From NCBI RefSeq assembly GCF_009914755.1, contig NC_060926.1: a DNA stretch of 64,000 nucleotides. One strand, given 5' to 3'. A program made the position numbers and the translations under genes. This document shows, in pieces, positions 18,876 through 29,207 of this stretch (the first letter of the stretch is position 1; each line of letters begins with the position of its first letter). This DNA is from the human T2T-CHM13v2.0 reference genome, Homo sapiens. The notes below the pieces were generated by a model. The model was not told the DNA's origin. It made no database searches and saw nothing but the letters and a program-made list of their open reading frames with translations.

Positions 18876-19946
18876 CTGTGCGAATCCCAAAAAATCACTT
18901 TTCAAATTATAATAAAAAATCCTTTTTATAAAGGATTTTCTTTTATAATGAAAGAAAAGTCAGAGCACATGCTATTTTGGCTCAGCTAATATTTTAATCT
19001 GAATAAGAAGACTATCAGATCTTTTTTAAAAAGTTTCCAAGATCTGGAGTTAAGGAGATCAGAGAGAAGAAATCAGATTTTGCATGTTCCCAACAAGACC
19101 CAGTGGGAGGAAAGAAAAATGGGACACTCAAATAAGATTCCGCCAAGTGCAGTGAATTCTGAGCTCCACATAGTGTGGCAAGTCATATTGGGAAGAGCTG
19201 GTTCTGCCACAGAGCACGTCTAAGAGAGGAAACCCCAGCCTAGCACTGGGCTATGCTTCAGGTATGGTGGCACTGTATCCAGCCAGCCTTCATGATACTT
19301 GTGTCCAAGTTTTGTGGAGAGCTTGGAGGTTATAAGCTATTATTGGATAAGTGATTTTCCTATATACTGTTTAAGTCTTTGGGCACAGTCAACAATGCTT
19401 GAAGCCCCTTCTAGCAGAAAATAACACCAACATAAAGGAGGCCTTTTTTGCCACTTTCCCATGAACCAGATCGGCAACCTGGGCCTCTCTGGGCTCCAGA
19501 GTCTCCCCTACTGCAGGGAACAGCAGAGTGCCAGGGCATAGAGGGCATAGCACTGTCCAGTGGAAACCTAGGTTGCACTGAGAGATTCAGGCAGTGGCAG
19601 CCTCCACTAGACATGGACTTCTTGATGGAAACTCTCATCAATACTGGCTGCATGAGTAGCTGTGCCTCCTGGGAGCAGACAACTTATGAACCAGAGCCAG
19701 GGAAATAGTGACGCATGGCAGAGACTAGTGAGCAAAGGAGAAATGTAGGTGACAACTTTCAGGCTCAATAAAAGCTTGTGATTGAACAGATTCATCAAAA
19801 GACCTCTTCACATTATGTCAGTGCTAAATATTTAATAAAATATTAGCCTTCCCATAAGAGTGTCTAAAGAGAACTTTGAGGAATAGATTCATGCCTACAG
19901 ATATACTTCTGGCACTTGATCAGGACTGTTAAAAATCAACAAAATC

Positions 19947-20232
19947 AGCATGGCATGGTGGTTCCCACCTGTAGTCCTAGCACTTTGGGAATCCAAGGTA
20001 GGAAAATCACTTGAGGCCAGGAGTTTGAGACCAGCCTGGGCAAGATAGCAAGACCCCATCTTTACACAATGGCACGTGCCTATAGTCCCAGCTACTTAGG
20101 AGGCTAAGGTGGGAGGATTGCTTCAACCCAAGAGGTCAAGGCTGTAGTGAGTTATTATTGCACTAGTGTACTCCAGCCTGAACAATAGAGTGAGACCTAG
20201 TCTCCTGAAAAAACAAACAAACAAACAAAAAA
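19947..20232 (+). mobile_element. AluJ with deletion of the middle A-rich linker
   Basis: cacttgaggccaggagtttgagaccagcctgggcaa and aggtcaaggctgtagtgag; (AAAC)n tail; degenerate TSD ending caaaatc. Confidence 0.92.
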
Positions 20233-22789
20233 ACCCAGCAAAATCCTCAACTGTCCATTGGAAAGGAAGCAGAGGTATGAACAATAAAGCATTTAAGTGT
20301 GAGAAACATCAGAGAAGAAAATGCTCACTTCAGAACCACTCTAACTTCACTGTAGTTAGTGAGTCTATTATTGGAGAATCAGTTTTCTGTTTACACAGAT
20401 CTCCAATCGGCTTGTCATTTCTTTGCAGCTTCCTTCTGCTAGAAGGCCATGTTCCCTAAAGGATGCTTAGCGTTTGCTAGAAGGCTGTGTGCTAGGCCAT
20501 CCTATTTAACATATTCACCCTCATAATCATTCTCCTCCATCAAATTCAGAATAAGATTACAGACCCCAATCCCAACAGGTTTTATAGCTGCTCTCTGTGT
20601 TTTCCTGAGTTTTTAACTTCTCTGATACTTTGGAGTTTTTAAAGAAATAAGTCTCTTAATTTCCCATTTCCATTTCCAGGTATAACTAGTTGGATTGTCA
20701 TCTCTCTGAAGAGGTTGGGAGACTTTTCTAAATTGGCTCCATTCCAGGTATTTCATCACATTCAATTCAAGAATTTGCTTGGCCAGTGCAGTTAGTGAGT
20801 TGCTGTTGCACCAGGAAGAAGTGAAAAAAGTAAGTACCGTGGCTGTGGGAACTGCTATACTAGCAATGAGCAAGTCTCTCTGGGCCAGACATAGGGCCCA
20901 GCAGCAATGAGAGAGAATCTTAGGGGGTCGGTTTTAGAGAGTTTCGATCACACTTAGTTGAGTTTCAATTCTCACTCTGCAAGTAAAGAACCAAGTTTTC
21001 TCCCAGTGCTCAGATTCTTGGCCTCCCACATGGAAACGGAATCACAAAGACATGTGTGTGTGTATGCATATAGACGTATGCTTGTATTCCAAACTCAAGA
21101 GAAAGAAAAAACTTCCCCAGATTTTTCAATTCCTACAAGAATTATAGTTTACTATTTCTGGATTTGGATCATTGAGTTCCCTGGATTATTAAACATAGCA
21201 AAAAGCCATCTGCAATGAATCGGGCTTGCTCCTCTAATTGAGTCATGCTGTGAAGCCCTTTACTGTTTCCCTCACTTCATTGCCGAATATTTTTTCAAGA
21301 ATGATAGGAAATACATTTTTACTACTAATGCCACCTGCAGGTTAAAGAGAAACTGTTGCAAGATTCTGGAAATCCTGAAATCCTCACAGCACACTGTAAT
21401 AAGTCCCTCCAAAATATTTCCCAAACCTTGCCAATCATCAGGAACATAGTCTTATTTCATTGACAATGCTCTTGATCAGAAATATGTTTTTGCAACCATC
21501 ATTGCAGCCAGCCTTTACTCCTTACTCGACACTTAGGCCGGCTGACACTTACATCTAAGAACAGGTAAGGAGTCATTTTCTAGATATAATTGCTTTGGGC
21601 TACTTCATGCCACAGCATCTCTGCGCCCTTGTAAAGGGCCTCATGTCACAGGTAAAGGTGGTAGGAGAGTTATCCTCAATCAGTTTCCACGTGAATTATT
21701 TCCTGGGTCAATCATTCCATGCACGTGCTGTTACCTGGGTTCACTGTGCTAAGTGAATTAGCACCCGTTGTGCCATCTACATGTTTTATTTTCTCAGTGA
21801 GGTAAGGTTTCTTAAGGAGAGCTATTGTTTTCCACTGTAATTAGTTCCTTTTTATTATGACAGACATTACCGTTACTACATTATGATTATTAGTCATAGT
21901 AGATAAACTTTGCTATCAGTTCATTATAAATTATGCTTCAGCTTCTAGCCACTGTGATGTTATATTCCGAATTATCTGAAGAGCACAAATCTAAGAGGAA
22001 GTGAAGGATGTGCCTGTCATTGTTTTTTCAGACATACCAGGTTCGCTGATGTTGTCAAACAGGACTTCAGCTCACCATGATGCCACCACCAGGTAGAAGC
22101 AACTTTCAATGTGTGCACCGCTTCTGACATGATGTCACATGGAATATGATGATGTAATATGGTGACAGGGACAGCAGGAATAATGTGAGGAAGTTCTTCT
22201 TGATCAAAAGAGGCAGCTCATATCAACTTCACACCTACTCTTCTTCTTAATAAAATTATTATACCAGAGCCCCAAGATGACTTTAGTGCACCTGACGGGC
22301 CACCCCAAAAAGACACTCAGTTCCCTAATGTGAGGCCACTTTTATTTCTAGGAATAATAATTAAAGGACAAACAAGAGATGACTGAGAAAATCCTGCCCC
22401 TTCTAGAAGGACTTGGATAATATTAATAGAAAACTCTCCCCATAGCTGAGAAACAATGTAGGAGAGAAGCATGATGTTTTCCGTTTTCATTCCCTTGGCT
22501 GAATTTACAGAAGAGCCCTTATTCCTAATCTCAGAGACTTAAGAAGCTAAAAAGGATTTCCCAAAAGTTGGAGCATGTTCCTAGCTGCCAAAAGCTTTTA
22601 AGAGTTGATTCTCAACATTTAAGCAAAGTGCTGTAGAAGCCTCATTCAGTCCCTTGGTGCTATTAGGGGACAACACACCAAAGTGTGCAGACCTCACCAG
22701 GAATAGGAACAAGGTACAGAGATATACCAGAGAGTCCAAAGTTTACCAGAAATTTCACCTTACTCTTCCCTGGGAAACAATCGTCTCTC

Positions 22790-23000
22790 TAGATCGCAGT
22801 GCTGTTGGCATTCTGGACTTCGCTGTCGAGGGCTGTCCTGTTCCTTATGGGATGTTTAACAACATCCATGGGCTCCATCCTCTCCATGCTAGTAGCATTT
22901 TCCCAGTTGGAACAACCAAAAATAAATGTCTCTAGACATTATCAAATGTATTCTAGAGTCGGGGGAATGTTAACCTTGCCCCCAACTGAGAACCTCTACT
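22790..23000 (-). mobile_element. MER20 (hAT-Charlie DNA transposon remnant)
   Basis: gggctgtcctgt...ggatgtttaacaacatcc...aaatgtctctagacatt...tgagaacc matches antisense MER20. Confidence 0.85.
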
Positions 23001-23004
23001 CTAA

Positions 23005-23125
23005 ACTATGAGCTCTTTGAGTATAGGGAGCATATCTGATTCTTCTTTATAAACCAGCCTAGCCCCGGGAAAATGCCAGACATAGAGTAAATGTTCAATG
23101 AAGTTTGACTGCAATTATGCAAGAG
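23005..23125 (+). mobile_element. L2 3' end
   Basis: tatgagctctttgag...tgccagacatagagtaaatgttcaatgaa. Confidence 0.6.
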
Positions 23126-26100
23126 CAAAAAAGTGAACACAGCTGCGGTTGGAAAGGACTTCTTTTGCTCTTCATCTGAAAGGAGCAAATGATGCTATTC
23201 AACCCTTCTGGACACTTTTATAGAAAAACCAATGTGAAAGATCTCACCTGTTTAAATTAGAACACCACTGCCTGTCCATGAAAAGTCGGCTCAATAAAGA
23301 CAGAGTAGGGGGTGCCTGGACAGAAGGAAGGAAAAAATGCACATAGACAATTTAATAGTGGGGAAGTTAAAAAAAATCTTTGCCAAGTAATGAAATTATT
23401 AATTACAATTCATGTCAGTTTTTGCAACAGCCATGTGAATAGATGGACAGACTGTTGAGCAGTATTTCTGGAAGGAATTGTACATTTAAAAAATGAGGCA
23501 TTGCTGGAGAGATATTGTGTGTGGGAGAATTTACAGGAGCATACACCCCTGTAAGTTCATGGGGTGTTAACAGGGAAGCCATGGCACCTTTAGGCCAGAT
23601 GTAGCTTGCACATCAAAAGGGCATTGCATTCACCCATGTCATTGTCCTCTGAAAGATCAAACTCTCATTATGCGCCTGATGCAGTATCTTCTATTTGAGG
23701 CAGTTTACATATTTCTCTCTTTAAAAATAGAGGCAGCTACTTCCTTCTTTCCACAAATGCTCTTATCAATTTTGAATTACAGAGATCTATTTTGAGATGA
23801 ACACATTGAACAAAACCTTCATCCGTGTGTGCGTGTGTCTGTGTATGTGTGTTTTTATTTCCCAACATGGCGGTAGGAGCTTATGCCCGCTATCTGCATA
23901 AGTCTTTTGTGTATTGCTAATGGAGTGCTGGAATTGTAGCAGCCCTGAGCAGGGAATACATGTGAGCAACAATATGCTGAGAGACCCCTCAGTGGAATCT
24001 AATCTGTTCCAGCTCATGCACTCCTCAGAAACTATTTAACTTTCATTAAACTGTGTTTGATATCAGCTAAATAGGATGCATACGGCTCCAATATAGCTCA
24101 TATGGTCGCATTCATTCGATCACAGCAGTGCTTTTTTCTTATATTTCCCCCCACTTGTGTCAGTACCCAGTATAGCTGGGTAAATAGGAGACCTTTGAAG
24201 ATGTAGTTAGTACTCAGATTTCTTTATTCTTTTGTGCTGGTTTCTTAGTGTTGAAACAGTGATTCATGTATGTCGCAGACAGCCTCCATTAATTTCATGT
24301 AATGTAGCTTTTATCTCGTAGCTGGGACAACTATCTTCAGCATTCTGTCGCTCTAGCATCCCCTGCTCTGGCCACAGCCCCCTTTGCATCTCCTAGTTTC
24401 CCTCCAGGTCTCCACCACTCTCCATAATTCCTCTTTCTTCATGGAAAATATGTTCATTTCCAGCCGCTGTATTTTTCTGGTTGTTGTAGCATAAGAACAA
24501 GTAAATAAACAGGTTATGATGAGAAGGAGAAAAAAAATGAGGGGTGAGATTTTCAGTCTGGATAAGCCTTTATATCCGAAGGAGAAAAAAAGAAAAGCTC
24601 CTGGGATGAAAACATGTATCCGGGCAGGAGAACAGTTTTGTACCCCCACTCTGCTACACACACACACACACACGCACACACTCCATTCAAAGGACACTAA
24701 TTTGATTATGAATACAGCACAGTAGGAGCATGCAGTTTCCCAGTTTCTGAGGAGGAAAGGGCTAGTGAATTTACAAATCTAGAGCTGTTAAAAAGTTTTA
24801 ATGATCAAATATACATAAAACACACACACACAAAGTGGGAGAAAGGACTGGGCCTATTACCAATATGATATCAGCTAAATAAACGTCATTACTTGCAAAA
24901 CTTATTTTCTCTTTAATACTGAGAAAGTGTTCGGAATTTCACCTTTAAACAGATTAAGGGGACATGGATGTGATTTTTCTACGTTATCCTCACTGATTTT
25001 TTTTATCATGTTTTATTAAGTCCAAAGGAATAATCACAATTTTTTAGATCACTTAAGAGAAACAACATGGGGTCCTTTGGTACAGGGAACCCAATTATTT
25101 CCGATATTATTTTGTGAACCTTTTTCATTTTATTAGTATACCAGAGGGTTTTCACATTCTCAAGGAGAATCCAGCTATTATTGCTTTTTTGGAAGAAATG
25201 TCTCACTGGGACAATTAATTTATACATTAACACCAGTCACAGTTGTGCTGTATATTATTAAAATTATAAAGGGAAAAGGGCCACATTTAATCATTCGGTT
25301 CAGAAAGGGGTCATTTATACGTGCATGTGTATAGAGAATAAGCCACTCCATGAGTAGCCCTCACAACGTAAGAAGTCTGCAATGCCCTGTGCTGGTTATG
25401 CTCTCTCCAGAAACACTACTGGTTTACAGAAAAGAAAAATGAAGCTGAGAAAGGTGAATACATAGGCAGTCTTGGAGCCTGCCTATGTCTGTCTCCACTA
25501 CACTTGAGGAATGTTATCCGTTTAACTTTGTTGATGAGCACATGTAATTAAGACGCTGTGCTTTAATGTTTGATGGTGGGACTTGAAAGGGTGATTTAAA
25601 AAATTATTTAGATAAGCATATTGACATTTTAGTATATATTATTAATCTTATTAATAGTATTAACAAAGGCTAATTGAAAATGCATCATCTATAATTATAT
25701 TAGTCTTCATTTTAGTACATTTTTGTCAGAGTAAACTAGAAAGGAGTAATTAATGTGCCACTGTTATTTACCCCTGTTTGTATTAAAGCTGGTGTTACAC
25801 AATGTTAGAGATGAATATAGCCTGATTTCACTGAATACCAAGGAGCAAGCATTCAGACGCAGTAAAATAAGCAGCTGTGTTTTCTTGTACCAGGAACCTA
25901 AAAATAAAAATTGACTTCAGGATTGCATGATAGGTGTGCAGGAGCTGGAGAGAGGTTTCTAGCCTCTGATCGTCCATGCGGCTACACTTTTGGCTGCCCT
26001 GCTTCCCCCCTCATTGGTGGGCTCAGGGCTCCATGACTGCTCATTATCTGGAGCCCCTGTATCACCTCAGTTTCAGGAGTAAATATAGAAAAGCATGCCC

Positions 26101-26339
26101 CAACGCATTGGATCCTTGGGGTCACTGATGCCAGTTTCACTGGGACAGAGCAAGGAAAATGATTTTACGTTTGTGGGGGATAAATCCAGGACCAGTGTTG
26201 AGCCTTCAAAACATGTTGGCTCTGTCTTTCCTGTGATAAGAGAAAACTCTAACAATGATCCAAGCAATATTGCCCTCAAAATCAGATTCCCAAAGTTAGT
26301 ATTGACACTTCCAAGCCCTGTACCCTGACCCTGGTTCCC

Positions 26340-26341
<2 letters not shown>

Positions 26342-26382
<41 letters not shown>
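26342..26382. repeat. (CA)20 microsatellite
   Basis: Direct reading. Confidence 0.97.
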
Positions 26383-26384
<2 letters not shown>

Positions 26385-26459
26385 TACAAGACTACAAAAT
26401 GAAATAGCTTCTCTAGCTTTCATGTACCAAAGGTGAAAAAAAAAAAAAAAAAAAAGAAA

Positions 26460-27350
26460 CCCTAACAGAAAGCAAGCAGGGGAGAATTAAGTTAATGAGG
26501 AATTAATCACTTTAAAGTTTTCTCCCACCCTTGCTTTTATGATTCAGTCTTCCCGAGGTCAGCTACTTCCTGAGGCCAGCCCAGCACGGGGTGTGAAATG
26601 GAGGCACACAGGGATGGCGTTGAATGGCACATCTTTTAATCAGGTGGAGCCAAGACAGCGATGGCTGGTATTCCAAAGCTGGGCTCTGGGCTTTCTCCTG
26701 AGCTCTGATAAAAAGCGTGGCATATTGGTTGCATTGGCTGCCAAGTGCTATGTCCGTGCCCTCTCCGCAGTGGCCAACCACAAACATGCTAGCTAGAAGC
26801 TCTCAGGGGGCCCCGTGTGTGCTGTTCCTACACGGCTAACATATGTATCGACACCTGAAAGCTACAGCCTGCCACGTCTCCAGGACCTCGCTCGCCTACC
26901 TTTGCTCCTTGGTCACCAAGGGTTAATTTTCTAATGGCTGCCTTGCTGCTGAAGCTGGCCAAGTTTTTCATCGCCTGCAGAGCACCACAAGCTGTGATTT
27001 GGAGCCAGAAAACACCATTAATTTTCTAAATAGGAAGGATCACATATGTAAACTGTCTGGTGCTGTAACGAGTCAGGCAGGTAGAAGATGAAGGAGGAGG
27101 AAGTGAATTTTTCTAGACACACAGGCCAAACAGCCCAGGCCAATGGGCAGCATACTGTGTAAAACTTTGGGGGGTGGGGTGGCAGGGGTGGGAGGGGGGC
27201 CAAGGAATTTCCTTCCCATCTTTAAGCCAGTTTCAATACCAGCCTTCAATATTTCTACGAAAGGTCAGGTTGGTAATTTATTGGGCAATGTTGGGAGTTT
27301 GCACATGAGACTTCACAATAAACTTATTTGTAAATGGAAGGAAGGATTAA
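26460..27350. promoter_or_regulatory. Candidate enhancer/promoter-like unique segment
   Basis: Repeat-free; locally raised GC and CpG; TAAT/ATTA cluster, TTGGC/GCCAA half-sites, CCAAT (27140), GT-box/G-run (27169-27199) and ggaatttcc (27204). Confidence 0.4.
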
Positions 27351-27627
27351 GTAAAGTGTAGCCTCTCAGAGACTACATAAAAGCTCATGAGTACAAAACA
27401 GTTGTGGTTAACACACCCAGGGTTTTCAAGAGACACAGAATCAAAAATTCCCCTGATGGAAATTACTTAGGCAGCAACTTAGGCAGAACATCTAGAACCT
27501 AGATGTTCTAGACACTTGAGAAATGCATTTTTGCCGATTTTGCAAACCTATAAAAAATAATCTATGGAATAAAAATCTACCAAAAAAAGCAAAATCCTCC
27601 ATTCAGAATTTAGCATGGATGTATGCA

Positions 27628-27628
27628 T

Positions 27629-27672
<44 letters not shown>

Positions 27673-27720
27673 AAGAGACAGAGAGTAGGAGTAGGGGAGA
27701 CAGAGAGAAAGAGGGAGAAA
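27628..27720. repeat. Compound (TG)n(GA)n microsatellite and GA-rich tract
   Basis: Direct reading. Confidence 0.95.
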
Positions 27721-28445
27721 TGGAGGCATAAAAAACGGTGATAAAAATGACGTCCTGAGTTTTAAAAAATATTTTATCTCCAGTATATACATCTCTTTCT
27801 GGAGTAACTATTACTGTTATGTGAGATGCCAGAACAGTGCCAGAGGTGAAAGTGCATGATAGGCCTAATAGAACATGCAAACGTCTTTCTGCCTTATGCT
27901 GGCTCTAGAATACCAGCACAGAACTGCCCATCTCCCCATCTTGCCCTGTTTCTGGGATCTTCTTTCTAACTTCTGCCATTCTGGTTCCAACCCACAACTC
28001 TTTAAAAAATCTTTAGCTAACATCAATTTATCCATTCTCTGTCTTTTATTGCTCTTGGGACAAAAATAAAAATGCCAAGATTTGTGCAATATAAATAAAT
28101 TTGGGGCAGCTTTTTTGCTGCATTGTAGATATAGGGTTGAATGTTGATCCTGGATTCAGGCCCTAGTAAAGTACTGCTTAGGTATAGAGAATTCAATGCC
28201 TCAGAGTGTTCCCTGAGACAAGTAAAAGGGACTCATACAAATAAATGATGGTAGGCTTCTGCAGTCCAAAAGTGTATATGAAACCCCAGTATTAGAGAAG
28301 AGTGACTTGAAGACTCTGGCTGTGGGTGAAGGAAGACTCATAGAAAGGGCTATGTAACCTCATGTATATTTATTTGAAAAACAGGTAAGATATTTCAAGT
28401 TATTGGAGAAAAATGGCCCCAAGGAAAACATGTACACTTTCAGGG

Positions 28446-28888
28446 TACATTAATTTCCTAGGGCTGCTGTGATAAAGTACCACAACTGACTGGCTTTGGC
28501 AACAGAAATATACTGTCTCACTGTTCTGGAGGCTGGAAGTCCAAGGTCAAAGTATCAGAAGGGTTGGTTCCTGCCGAAGGCTGTGAGGAAAGGATCTGTT
28601 TCAAACCTCTCTCCTTGGCTTGTAGATGGCCTTCTTGTCCTGTTCCTTCACACCATCTTTCCTCTGTACAAATCTGTCTCTGTGCCCTAATTTCCCCTTT
28701 TTATAAGGGTACCAGCCATATTAGATGACGCATCCCTTAATAGATTCATCTTAACTAATTATATCTTCAGTACCCCTATTTCCAAATTAGGACACATTCT
28801 GAGGTACTGAGAGTTGAGACTTTAAAGTATCAATTGGGGCAGAAGATGGGGGATGTTGGTGGAGGGAGACATCATGTAACCAATAACA
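28446..28888 (-). mobile_element. MaLR solo LTR (MLT1B/C-like)
   Basis: tttcctagggctgctgt...ctggaggctggaagtccaagg...cacattctgaggtactg...taaca; TSD caggg at 28441-28445 and 28889-28893. Confidence 0.92.
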
Positions 28889-29044
28889 CAGGGTGAGAGG
28901 AAGAACTTTAAGAGTTGAGCAATAGAAAATTTTCATAATACTGACTCAAGGCATATCTGCAGTAATGTTAAATTGTATATGCTTGCCACTTTAGAGACTT
29001 CTGGGCATTTTTGCTCCCAATAATTTCTTTCAGATAACTCTATC

Positions 29045-29207
29045 TTGACCATCCTCAAGAGCTGCATTATTCACACTGTCCTGGTGGAAAAACTGAGACT
29101 TTGAGAAGTTAAATTGTCACTAAATGTCCCACAACTGCAGACCTAAGACTCTCATTTAAGACTTCTGTCTCCTACCCTAGTATTTTGCCCACTAATCCAC
29201 ACTGCCT
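29045..29207 (-). mobile_element. MIR
   Basis: Core aaactgagactttgagaagttaaat and end ccacactgcct. Confidence 0.7.

Noticed and set aside
22033-22093. Coding micro-exon after ttgttttttcag
   Set aside because: Two frames contain stops, the donor (gtagaa) is weak, and no partner coding exons were found.
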